Part shown: piece after piece, positions 20,901-31,422 of the stretch
How the letters are laid out: the number at the start of each line of letters is the position of its first letter
How positions within the stretch are numbered: position 1 is the stretch's first letter
DNA from: an uncultured Solirubrobacterales bacterium
Lineage (GTDB): Bacteria; Actinomycetota; Thermoleophilia; Solirubrobacterales; Solirubrobacteraceae
Reading direction: 5' to 3'
Assembly (NCBI GenBank): GCA_963788005.1
Contig: CAWBFH010000023.1
Location: forward strand, 61,539 to 125,538
DNA length: 64,000 nt
Translations under genes and position numbers: made by a program
The notes under the pieces: model-generated
What the model was told of the DNA's origin: nothing
Seen by the model: only the letters and a program-made list of their open reading frames with translations
The model's database searches: none

Positions 20901-21448
20901 GCCTACTCCTGTCGGAGGGCGCCAGCGGCCCGGGCCTGTCCTCGTGTGTGGGAACGGTCGCGGCGGGGACGCTGATCGATACCGGCAGCCTCGGGACGCA
21001 CAGCTTCAACGTCGCGGCGCTCTCAAAAGACAGACAGCACGCAACTGCGACCGTCAGCTACACGGTCGTGCTGCCCGATAACCGGTTTTCGATCAGCGAC
21101 GTGCACATTCGACCAAACGGGCGGGTCGGCTTCAAGGTCGTGTTCCCCGGGCCGGGGACCGCGGACGTGCTGGAGACGGCGTGGCGTGACAACCTCGCCC
21201 GCTCCGCGGTCCTGTTGCGTCCGGCGCCGCGCCGGTTCGTGTTCGCCAGAAAGCACCTGCAGGTGGCCGGCGGGGGCGCGATGAGCGTGACCGTCGTGCC
21301 AAATCAGCGCGGACGCAGGCTGATCGCCCGCCACCGCTACACGGTCGTGTTGCGCCTGTGGGTCAGCTTCACGCCCGCCAACGGCACCCAGCGCAACATC
21401 GGCCTCTACCACCTACTCATCACTCACAAACACCACCGCCACGGCTAA
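17970..21448 (+). pseudogene. Large secreted surface protein: YVTN/lactonase-like beta-propeller, eight Ig-like repeats and a C-terminal beta domain; heavily frameshifted
   Basis: About 6-7 repeats of ~140 bp encoding GALTQVAGSPFATG..P.SVAFSPSGALLA.AN...NTVSVF (about 18140-19110); eight ~245-bp repeats; open C-terminal ORF 20948-21448; start not resolvable. Confidence 0.8.
19118..21076 (+). repeat. Eight tandem ~245-bp Ig-like coding repeats
   Basis: Units start near 19118, 19367, 19605, 19848, 20090, 20340, 20586, 20836; consensus [74 protein letters not shown]. Confidence 0.9.
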
Positions 21449-21506
21449 AGACCCCCGGGGAACGCCGGGCGGCTCCGAACGTCTCGCGGGTGCCGCCGGT
21501 GAGCGC

Positions 21507-21740
21507 GTGCCAGGGGTCGCGTGGCGTTCGGACGGCCAGGCAGTGGCCGTTATGCAGCCCAACGGAGGGTGCAAACCCGCCGCGCCCGGGACGATCGCCA
21601 TCGTCAGTCTGGGCAACCCAAGCAACGACAGGAACGTCACGACATTCGGGCACCTCCCGCCTGGCAACCCGTCCCGACTGGTGGCTGATCCAACCTCCCT
21701 GATAGTCCCGCCCGCGCCGCCGGTCGTGCTCGCACCGTGA
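21507..21740 (+). pseudogene. Possible fragment of a TolB/WD40-like protein C-terminus
   Basis: GVAWRSDGQAVAVMQP motif only; no N-terminus. Confidence 0.25.
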
Positions 21741-21825
21741 GTGGTTCCCGCGGCAAGAGGCGATGACGATCGGCCGGGGCGAGGATGTGACCGCGGGCGA
21801 CACCACTGGCAAGGCCGAGGCCGAC

Positions 21826-21995
21826 GTCGCCCAAGCCTCACTCGGCTGCTGAAGGACGATCCGCGGCCGACCGGCGTGGGTGTCCGCGAGTTGATCGAGC
21901 CTTCGGGGTTCGATGGGAGCAGGACGATCGTCGACGATTACCTTCGCGAGATCCGGCCGGTGTGCGATGGGTCTAGCGACAGGACCCAGCAGCGA
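21826..21995 (+). mobile_element. IS21-family transposase (IstA) N-terminal remnant
   Basis: RRPSLTRLLKDDPRPTGVGVRELIEPSGFDGSRTIVDDYLREIRP..RTQQR resembles the IstA N-terminal region; no DDE domain or istB follows. Confidence 0.7.
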
Positions 21996-22134
21996 GCCCG
22001 CGGTCGCTACGAGATGACCGCTTGGCCGCGCCCGAGCGACAGCCGATGAAAAGAGCGCGCATCCTAAGTTGGGGCACGGTGCCTACGCACGCCGTGATCG
22101 TGCCGGCTGGGAAACGGCGGTCCGGCAAACGCAG

Positions 22135-22322
22135 AGCGACTGTCGCAATCGCCCAAACGCGAGCGGTGCGTCCCCGCCCACCGCGCCAACTGCGCGACGA
22201 CCGCATTCCTGGGGAGCGATCGTCCCGACGTGCCCCGAGCCGGCGATGCCTATGGCGACCAAGGGCGCGTCGACCAAGGGCGCGTCCGGCCGGCCGGTGC
22301 GGCGGGCGATTGCCACCGTGGC
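22135..22322 (-). repeat. Interspersed repeat copy B with 19-bp imperfect terminal inverted repeats
   Basis: Left end GCGACTGTCGCAATCGCCC vs reverse complement of right end GCCACGGTGGCAATCGCCC (16/19); internal 15-bp tandem duplication ACCAAGGGCGCGTC(G/C) at 22258-22287. Confidence 0.8.
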
Positions 22323-22577
22323 ATCGGAATAACGCGGCTCGCTGGCAGGGCGTGACGTTGTTGTCGCCAACGCGCCTGTGCGGCCCGTGCCCGCGCGAGG
22401 AGGAAGCAACGTCCCGGGGCCGTGCATGGTCGCGGCCGCCAGACGCTCGGTCTGGGTACACGTATGACCCGGCGAAGCAAATGGCGAGAGAGCGACAGCA
22501 GCCCTGGCCTGGCAGCACACTCGGTCGCATCGCTGGTGCGTGCCTAGCGGCCTGTGCTGTTCACGAGTCAGGTGGGT

Positions 22578-24194
22578 CTAGCTGACGGGCCCGACGGATG
22601 TGGCAGTGGCCTGCTGGGTCTGACCTTCTTGGTCGGTGGCGATGACGATCACGGTCAGGTCGTGCCCGAGGTCAGCCGTTCCTTGTGCGTAGTTGGCGCT
22701 CGTTTGATCGTCGATCGCGGAGCATCCGTCCGGATCGCACCGCTCCCATTGGTAGTTGTAGCTCAGCTTGTCGGGGCTCGACCAGTTCCCGTTGGACACG
22801 CTCAGCGTGCGCCCGGTGTGCGTAGCCCCCGATATCGATGGCAGCTTTCGGTTCGACGATGTGGCGGGTCAAGGACCGGTCCGACCGCGGGAGCAGTCGC
22901 CTGCCCTGTGCTGCCTTCCTGGTCGGTCGCAGTCACGACGACCGGCCTAACGGTGCCCGACGTCACCGGGCACTCCGGGGTCGGTAGCGATCCCGCCGTT
23001 CTTCCCGCTGAGCGCCACGCAGTGGCCACCACTCGGACCGCACCGCTCCCACTGGTAACTAAAACTCGGGCTGCCCGGGGTGTACCAGAGGCCGGTGGAG
23101 ACCCTCAGCATCCGTCCATCCTGCGCGGTTCCTGAGATCGACGGGGCCTTCCCGTTCGACGGAGCGCCGTGCCGGCGGGCGCGTACACCTCGCTGGCGCG
23201 GATCAGGTTGCCGTAGCGATCCTGTCCGCTGGTGACGAGCACGTCGCCGTCGAGAAGCGGCGTCGCGACCCCGCTGGTGTGGGCGGTCGGGATTCGAATC
23301 CCGGCGTCGACGAATGAGTCGTCGAGTCATAGATCTCGCTAGAGGCGGCGGGGTCGTGGGAAAAGTTCTGGACTCCGCCGGTCACAAGCACGGCGCCGTT
23401 CGGGAGCGGCGCGGCCACCCCGCCGACGCCGCCGCCCGGGAGCGGGGCTGCCTGCGACCACGAGTTACTCGATGGATGATAGATCTCAGTGTCGGCGGTG
23501 TAGCCGCCCGTGCTGGACGCTCCGCCGGTGACGAGCACGTCACCGTCGCCAAGGCGCGCTGCCACGGCCCCGAAGCGGGCTCCCGGAACGGGGCCGCGGC
23601 CGTCCACGAGTTGCTTGCCGGATGGTAGATCTCGGTGTCGGCGAGGTAGTCGCCCGCGAAGGAACAGTCGGCGGCGCAGCCACCCACGACGAGGACGCCG
23701 CCGTTCGCCAGCGGCGCGGCCACCGCTCCGGTCCGGGCGATCGGGATCGGAGCCGCCTGTGACCACGAGCCGCTTGTCCCGTCATAAATCTCGCTATCGG
23801 CGGTAGCGATCGACGCGCTGTTATCAGTTCCGCTCGTGACCAGGACGTCTCCGTTCGAAAGCTGGCGCCGCGACAGCCTCCTGACGGCCGTCGGGAAGCG
23901 GCGCCGCCTGCGACCACGCGTCGGTGGTCGGATCAAAGATTTCGCTGTCAGCCAGGTTCTGATCAGTGGTGTACGGGATGAACCGCTGGTGACTAGAACG
24001 TCGCCGTTGCCGAGCAGTGCAGTCACAGCACCCAGGCGCGACGTGGGCAGCGGAGACGCCAACGTCCACCGTCCCCCCGCGGCCGCCGCGCCCTGCGCAA
24101 CCGGCAGGAGCATGCCGCCCACGAACACGACCAGCCCAAACAACCGGCAACACCGAGCAAGCCGCCCGGCCTTCACGGACAGTAGGGCCGGCAC
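22578..24194 (-). pseudogene. Secreted Kelch-repeat beta-propeller with two C-terminal Ig-like repeats; multiply frameshifted
   Basis: About six W..AAPLP..R.GAVAAPL.NGDVLVTGG....ADSEIYDP repeats over three frames; two PSISG....GR.L.VS.G.W.....SY.YQWERC repeats; signal peptide near 24150. Confidence 0.8.
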
Positions 24195-25272
24195 TAGGCC
24201 CGCGACACTCCCGACTGCACCCGCCGGGGCGCGTTCGTCAGCAGCGTCCTGCGGACTCGGGCTCGGCGGCGTTCGCTGACTACCCTAGTATCGCGCGGCA
24301 TGGCCGCGCTCGGTTCACGTCGACACATTCCGGCTCCCCCGTCCGCAGGGAAGTCTACGCTTCGACGACTCATCATTGGCAAGAGAGCTCGCGTGTCGCG
24401 TTGACCGGTCGGGCCGGGTCACCGGCCAGCTGGTCCGAGCAGGAGCTCTCGGGCGAGAAACGCAGTGGCGTGCCACCGGCTGGGCGCCGCCGCGCACAGC
24501 CGAGGGAACTCCAATCGCGCCGCGATCGAGTTTCGCGCGAACCAGCAGCCCGATGCCCTCCGGGAGCAGTAGCGCCGCAGGTCACCTCCGCCTCGAGCGG
24601 ATCGGCTTGCGGATCATCGAGACGATGCAGCCGTCCACCACGCGCGGGAAGACAGCCGAATGCGTGGCACAACACCTCGCCCGGCATCGTCGGCGTCGAT
24701 GATCCCCTCGTCGCCATTGCGATCACGGACCAGGCGGAAGCGCGAGGGATGAAAGAGATCGCGCCAGCCGTCGTCCCCCGGGAAGGGGTCGCGTGTGCCG
24801 CGGACCGACGCAACGGCGATGCCGCTGTCGCCCGCGAGAGGAGCAAGTTCTCAGCAACGAAGGCAGGGCTGGTCGCCCTGTCAGGCCTGCGTGTCGACGG
24901 CGCGCAGCCGGCTTTCCGCGTTGTAGTACGGCGGTTCGTTGCACCGCGGCCTCCGAACTTTCATCACTGCCCCGCGGCCCGGCTCACCGAGTCGGACGCG
25001 GCGGGGCCACCCGCGGACCACTCGCGCGGCCCGCGCTCGCTCGAACCTGGGGTCTCGGGACTGACCGCTGGCAAGGTTGGAGCAGTGATGACCGGAGGGT
25101 TCCGGTAGCTGCCCCGTGATCGTGTGCGCTCAGTACGGCTGGTGCGGGATGTCCGCACTATGTCCGGTGTACTCACTCACCCTGAGAGCGGGACTCGAGG
25201 GGCCCCGATCGCGGTGACTGCCGTCCGCGGACGCGCTTCACCTCGACATTTGTCACAAAAGATCCGTCTCTT

Positions 25273-26268
25273 ATGGTTAGGCTTAGTACCGTGTTCGGGG
25301 TCGTCGATCATTTTCAGGTGATCGGTCAGCCGGCGGTTCCAGCGCCGATGGCAGAGGCGAACGCGCAAATCGCCTGGTGGCGCGCTACCGACGGTACCTT
25401 CTGGTCCGCGAACCTTGACGGGACTGGTGAGCCGACGGCGTTCCCTCAGGCCGGGGTCGTGAGCTTTCAGGTGATCAGCGGCGGGCAGGTTGCCGGCATT
25501 CTGCAGGCGCCGGGCGATGTCCTCTCGGTCTACAGCAGCACAGCGGCGGGTGGGCCGAACGCGATCCTCAATCGCGTTGTTGACGTCACCGCTTTTCAGC
25601 TGATCAGCTCAACCCAGTTCTACGCGCTGAAGACCGACGGGAGCCTATGGGAATATCCTGAGTCGAAGGGCACACAGGTCAAGAGTGACATTGCGGCGTT
25701 CCAGGCGTTCCCGAGTGGCGCTGGCGATGCTCTGATCCTGCTCGATACCAGCGGCTATCTGTCGGGGCCGGGGGGTCAGCAACATGCGGGCGTGTCTGCA
25801 GTTCAGGCCGTCGACGAATACAACCTGTTGTTCTCAACTGGTGACCTGAGCCAGGCGACGGGGGAGCTTAGTCTTGGATCGCCGAACGGCACGCAAACAA
25901 TCGCCAAGCGCGTTGCAGCGTTTGCAGCGATCCTTGTAGCCGGCGGTGTCCCCGGCGATGAGTCGATCGTCGTCTATTGGATCGACAACGAAGGCGACCT
26001 GTTCGCGTTGAACACGTCGAGCGTGGGCAACGCGGCTCAGGTGGATGGCCATGCAATCGCGATGGCTGCTAGTGCGACTGATCCGAGCAACCTGCTCGTG
26101 ATGGGATCCGACGGAAACCTCTGGTACGAGCACCAGCAGGCGGGAAGCTGGGGCGAGGTGCCGCCCCCGCGGGGACTTGGTCACGGGCCGGTCCCTCACG
26201 CATCCGCTCGAGCTTTCCCAACCAAGGCCAAGACTCTAACGGCGCTCCCGGCTAGCTCTGGTGGCTGA
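25273..26268 (+). CDS. Hypothetical beta-propeller protein (tectonin/lectin-like repeats)
   Basis: Repeats of V.AFQ.I....(Y/L)(A/V)L.TDG.LW, e.g. DVTAFQLISSTQFYALKTDGSLWEY and NLLVMGSDGNLWYEH; start could be ATG 25348. Confidence 0.6.
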   Translation: MVRLSTVFGVVDHFQVIGQPAVPAPMAEANAQIAWWRATDGTFWSANLDGTGEPTAFPQAGVVSFQVISGGQVAGILQAPGDVLSVYSSTAAGGPNAILNRVVDVTAFQLISSTQFYALKTDGSLWEYPESKGTQVKSDIAAFQAFPSGAGDALILLDTSGYLSGPGGQQHAGVSAVQAVDEYNLLFSTGDLSQATGELSLGSPNGTQTIAKRVAAFAAILVAGGVPGDESIVVYWIDNEGDLFALNTSSVGNAAQVDGHAIAMAASATDPSNLLVMGSDGNLWYEHQQAGSWGEVPPPRGLGHGPVPHASARAFPTKAKTLTALPASSGG

Positions 26269-26815
26269 CGCGTAATTCCCCGTCGCCGCGGATCGCTAGC
26301 TTCGTTCGTCGACTTCGAGCCGCTCGGCTCACCTCGCCTCCTTCCTTGCGCCGTGGCCCGATCCGAGCTGTCGTCCACGATGACGACCATCCCTCGGTCT
26401 CGCTCTGCCCTGACGCGTCCACACTTCTGACGTGCTGCCACGTCAGCCCTGCCGTCGCCGATAGCCGAGGCTGCGCCGCGCCGAGACGCGCCCAGTATGG
26501 CCGCGTCCGCGCGGCCGGTTTGTCCGATAGCGGCAACGCTCGACAGCTGCTTCGACGTCGACGTCGTGGCTGCTTCGCTCCACGAGGGGCGTCGACGGCG
26601 AGCACTTGATCGCAATCGTGGTGGAATGCACTCGTCCGGGTTCGCCGGCTGGCGCGATCGCCTGGTCGCCGAAGCGATGGCGCGCAGTTGGTCGGGGTCA
26701 CGTCGAAAGCGCTCGTCCGCGACAGGTGCATGGTCTTCGCGAAGTGGGCGTCGGCAGCTGCGGGGAGGGAGTGTCGCGGGACCGAGGGAGGGGGCGACGG
26801 ACGGGGTGCGTCGCG

Positions 26816-27637
26816 TTACCCGCAGATGTGTTCGGCGGAGGAGGCCGGCGCGCGCTCCCTCACTGCTACGAAGAGGTATCGGTTGAGGCTGAAGAAGTAG
26901 TTATCCCCCAGCGCGTTCAGATCCTGCGCCCAATCGCGTGCGTCGCGCTCGTTCAGCCCCTGTCGGCCCGCAACGAACGCCGTGATGAAGCCGATCAGGC
27001 CGGCGCTGAAACTGTTCGGGTCATAACCGGCGTTCATCAGCGGGATCACCGCGCGGCGCGCGACCGAAAATCCCGCTGCCGCCAGAAGTGCGGTCAGCCG
27101 CCGGGGGAGATGGGGGTCGACGAGGTGCTCATCCCAGGCGGCGAGCACGCGCCGCATCCGCTCAGCGTCGCGTGAGTGCCACACGATCGATCCCCAGTCG
27201 GTGTCGAGCACGAGCAACCTGCCGCCCGGTCGCAGCACGCGGAACGCCTCCCCAAGCGCCGCCGGCATGTCCTGCACGTACTCATACACCTGCGTTGCGA
27301 CCGCGGCGTCGAACCTTTCACCGGCGAACGGGAGCGCGCAGGCGTCGCCAGCGACGAGCCGGATATCGGCGGCGCCCTCTGGCGGCCGGCGTGCGCGGGC
27401 GAGCGCGAGCATGCTCTCGCTCGGGTCGATGCCGTCGATCGAGCCGCCAGCGCCGACCTCGACCGCCATCTCGCAAGCGAGGAGTCCCAGCCCCGACCCG
27501 ATGTCCAACACGTTCTCCCCCTGTCTGAGCGCCAGGGCCGCGCGTATGGCGCGTCGCTGCTCGACGACATCAGGCGTCATATATGTCGCCTCGGCCCGCC
27601 GCGAAGCCTCCTCGTCGAACCAGAGCATGGTGCTCAT
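26816..27637 (-). CDS. Class I SAM-dependent methyltransferase (UbiE-like)
   Basis: VLDIGSGLG, GDACALPF, EAFRVLRPGGRLLVLDTDW. Confidence 0.9.
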   Translation of the reverse strand: MSTMLWFDEEASRRAEATYMTPDVVEQRRAIRAALALRQGENVLDIGSGLGLLACEMAVEVGAGGSIDGIDPSESMLALARARRPPEGAADIRLVAGDACALPFAGERFDAAVATQVYEYVQDMPAALGEAFRVLRPGGRLLVLDTDWGSIVWHSRDAERMRRVLAAWDEHLVDPHLPRRLTALLAAAGFSVARRAVIPLMNAGYDPNSFSAGLIGFITAFVAGRQGLNERDARDWAQDLNALGDNYFFSLNRYLFVAVRERAPASSAEHICG

Positions 27638-28204
27638 CCCACGATCTTTTCAGCGTCCCCCGGCACTCTCAACCCCACGGGAGGCGTGATCCACGAAGGC
27701 CGCCGAAAAGCTCAACATGCTCACCGTCATCCGAGCTTTCGCAGATCTCCCTTCCGCGCGACGCGAACCTCCGCGCTGCCCAACGATTTCGGATTGCACC
27801 CCTATGCTCGCTAGCAGCCGGTTCCGGCTCCAGCCTCACGGCGCAGCGAACGCCACTCTCAGCCGCCGCGGCGACCCCCGCGGACAGCGTCAGTACCTGG
27901 TCGCCTTTCCGATCGTGAGCTCCGCGACCGGCGAGCGATGAAAGCGGGCGTGCGCCGGCGTCCGCGGGCACACCTGCATCACGCCTAGGGGGCGACGACG
28001 TCCTGGGTGGCTGCTTTCGCGGCGGACCGGTCAGGTGCTCAGCCGGAGCCGGGCTCTCGAAGCGATCGCGCCAGCGGGCGCCGCGTCGCTGTAGTCCGCG
28101 ACTCCTTCCCGAGATAAGCACTGGTGCGGTCAGCTCAGCCCAGCTCTGGTACCCCGCCGTGGGTTCGCCGCTTTGGGGCGGATGCGCCCGAAGGGGGAGA
28201 CCGA

Positions 28205-30970
28205 TCAGGTCTGCGCATTCCCGGCCGGGAGAATCTGGGTCGAGTTGGGCCAGGTGTCGAGAGCTTGCGAATCAGAGACCCAGACCGAACCGTCGATCCC
28301 GAACCAGCACACGCTGATGTTCATCGGCGTGCGGGCCACAGCACTCAAGGCGACAGGGGCGGCCGCGCCCACGGATGGGATCGTGATGGGGGGGTTTGTT
28401 GTTCCGTCGCCGCGTGCTTGCCTGACGCTCCCGGCCGGATCGATCCAGAAGACGTAGGTGGTGTTCTTGTCGATCGCGATGGCCTTGAGCGCACCCTTGG
28501 CGGCAGCCCCGTCCCGAGCGACCTCAGTCGGGGTCCATGGTCCGAGAATGCCGGCATCTGCATTCCAGGAGGCGCCTCTCACCCCGCCGGCAGGATCGAT
28601 CCAGAAGACGTCGAGCAGGTCGGCCGCGCGGGCCACCGCGGTGGTGGCTCCTGGGACAGCGCTCCCGCCGGGTGCGATCTGCAGCGGGAGGTCGAGCGGT
28701 CCGTCGAGGTCCGCAGCTATCGGGAAGCTCATCATGACTGCGCCCTCCGGCGTCATCCAGAACGCCTGAACCGCCGCCGACATTAGGTCGGCCCAGTTTC
28801 GGGCTGGCCAGTGAGACGGCGGGAGAGTGCCGTGATGACGCTCGCCTCAGCACTGATCGGCGGACTGTTTCCGGCCACGATCTTTGCGGGCGCGGTCCAG
28901 TAAGGCGGCTGGTTGTCCGTTGCGTTCGCGGTGTGGACGTGCGAGATCGAGCCGTCTTCGGCGGTCCAGATCACGTCGAGGTCGTTGGACCCGGTGCTAC
29001 AGACGGCGAGAGAGACAGCCGGCGGCCTTGGCGCGAGCAATTGGCTCGGGCTCCACCCCTGAGTCTGGTCGAGAAGCGGAAAATCCAGCTGCGCGCGTCC
29101 CCATTGGAGCGCGCCGGCCGCATCGACCCACAACGCCGAGATCGCGGTCGCGCCGGTCGACACAACACGGATCGTGCCCTGCTGGGTAGGCCCGTCGTTC
29201 TGACGAAAAAACTCGCCCCAGGCGACGTTCGGGTTGCCTGGGGCGCTCGACCAGCTCTCATTGATCATCTGCGGCACCTGGGTCCAGAGCGCGTCGACCC
29301 TGTTGGCGGACGCGGACACCGAGAAGCCCGAGTCCGACAGCGGCTCTGCGAACAGCGCCTGCAGCGACGAAAGCAGGGTCGAACCGCGAGGGCTTCCCCA
29401 GCCCGTGCAGGCATCCCAGCCGACCCGCACCGGATAACCCTTCCCACCTCCGTAGCTGTTCGTCGTCGGGCCAGGAGGTGTTGTGATGTCGCGGAGGGCC
29501 TGCGAGCCGATCGCGTACAAAGCCGGGTTCAAAAAGCCGACATTAGCGCCGATCGCCGCGTTCATGACGGCGATCAAGCCAGCCCACAACGGCGCCGCCA
29601 TGCTCGTGCCGCCCAGGTGGCGAGGCTTGCCCCCGAATACAATCCCGTCTATCCGGACCGCGGGTCTGCGTTCGCCGATACATCGGGGACGCCGCGTCCA
29701 ACACGACCGTCTTCGTTGATCGAAACCGGGACACCCGCTCCCGATTGGTACTCGGGGCGCACGAAGTAATCGCTCACGCCACCCCCGTGTCAGCCCAGGC
29801 GTACTCCTCGCAGGCGCCATCTGCGACGTTCGCGATCGTCGTCCCGCCAACGCTGAGCACCCATGGATCGCTCGCGGGGTACTGAACACGCGCCCGACCG
29901 TCCTTCAGCGCCGTCCGCGTCCGTGCACCGTCGTCGCCGGACGAGATGCAAACGGTCACACCCTGGATCGCCGCGTCTTGAAGAGCGAAATCGACCGCAT
30001 CGATGAAGTCGTAGTTGACACCCCGCGCAGCTTCCGCGGCGACTCCAACCAAATCGTCACCATCAGAGAAGTAGAACGACGACGACAGCACCGAGCACAC
30101 AGGGTCTCCCGGGTCCGGATGAACGACACGGCTGAGCAGCCCGACCCAGCCGTTCTGGGTCATCGTGGCCCAGTAGACCGCGATCCAGCCTCACGCGCCG
30201 CGAGCCCGGCGACGCACAAATCGTAGGTCACCTCATTGATCGCTTGGCCCGAGTTCTGTGCGTCGACAGGGACGTCGACCACGCTCGGCGAACGACCCCC
30301 AAACGTCGCCTTCACATCGCTCAACATGTACCCCGCACCCGCAGGCGCCACGATCGCGATCGTCGACCCCGCGCGCTGTTCGCGGGAAAGCCATATAGCT
30401 CGGTCAGCTGCAGGACGCTGACGGGTACCACCACCTGCCCGCCGCCGCTGTTTCGACCGCCGACGCGGCGTGTCTCGAGGCCGAGCACCGCGACGATCAA
30501 ATCGTTCACAGCTGCGGAGAGGTGAAGGTAGCCGTCGTGGCCGCGGTATCGGTCAACCCCCGACGGTCGGCCGCGTCCTCCCTCGAGTGGGGCTTGATAA
30601 TTCCTCAACTCGACACCGAATGCGTCGCCCATCGGGCCAGCACCGCCCGCCACAGTCAGCAACCGCCGCGCGGCATTCGTATCGAGGACACGGAGGCCCG
30701 ATTGCTCGAAGTAGCCGCTTAGTCGGGCGATGTCACGCGGGTCGGCCCCGTACCTCGCAACAAACTCACGATCCCGCAGTCGGGTCCGCCGATGCGGCGA
30801 GGCGAGGAAATAATCGCGGGACGGTACCGAGCCCCGTCGACGCGACGTCTCAAGACGACGGTGGCCGTAACCACCTCGTCGGGGTCGGTGACGCCCATAG
30901 CTCCGCGCCCACAGTGGGCCGGAGCTCGCTCCCGTCGCGCCGCTGGACCCCGCCGAATGCCGACACGCAA
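28205..30970 (-). pseudogene. Sedolisin (S53, kumamolisin-like) with C-terminal fucose-lectin/PLL-like propeller; at least five frameshifts
   Basis: Pro-domain (DPDEVVTATVVLRRR, RYGADPRDI), NEVTYD, ISSGDDG, YPASDPWVLSVGGT, GGTSMAAPLWAG, GWDACTGWGSP, then repeats AVARAADLLDVFWIDPAGGV; ORF 28205-28783 continues the repeats across a TAATG junction. Confidence 0.8.
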
Positions 30971-31158
30971 ATTCCCCGTCCGGATCGTGATCGCGCACGG
31001 AAGATAGTCGAGGGGGCGCGGCCCGGCAAACTCCGGACTCGATCGCCTCCGCCGACGGCGCCGTCGAGCGCTAGCCGTCCTCTGGCGACGAACGGGCGGC
31101 GCTCAGTCTCCGTCGACCGCCCGCAACCGGATGAGTCCTCTGCGCGGGGCGGATGAAA

Positions 31159-31368
31159 GTCAAGGGCTTGCGGACCAACTTTGGGGTCGATTCGGGGCGA
31201 CCAATTGGTCGTGGGGCGGCTTCGGAGGGCGGCAGATCGTTTCCTGTGAGGTCGATCTGCTTGGCGGCGACGCGGTCGGTGCGATTCTGGCCGGTTTGCG
31301 CGCGGGTGCTTGCCGCCGGGTTGTCGGCGTGGGTACCGCCACCGCCCGCGCAGCAGTCAACCCTTGAC
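31159..31368. repeat. 210-bp segment bounded by inverted GTCAAGGG/CCCTTGAC
   Basis: GTCAAGGG at 31159-31166 and CCCTTGAC at 31361-31368; internal stem GCAGATCG/CGATCTGC and palindrome GACCAATTGGTC; no target duplication seen. Confidence 0.35.
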
Positions 31369-31422
31369 GGCCGCCTTCGCCCAAGAACAGGCGTGCGGAC
31401 CCCGACCGCCGAGGAGTGGTTT

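Noticed and set aside
18140-21076. CRISPR array or diversity-generating retroelement in the repeated region
   Set aside because: The repeats are 140-245-bp protein-coding units without unique spacers; no cas genes, no reverse transcriptase, and no adenine-specific template/variable repeat pair
24200-25270. Coding sequence in 24.2-25.3 kb (also 26.27-26.8, 27.65-28.1 and 33.55-34.1 kb)
   Set aside because: No frame gave a convincing domain; these may be decayed genes, but I cannot assign them
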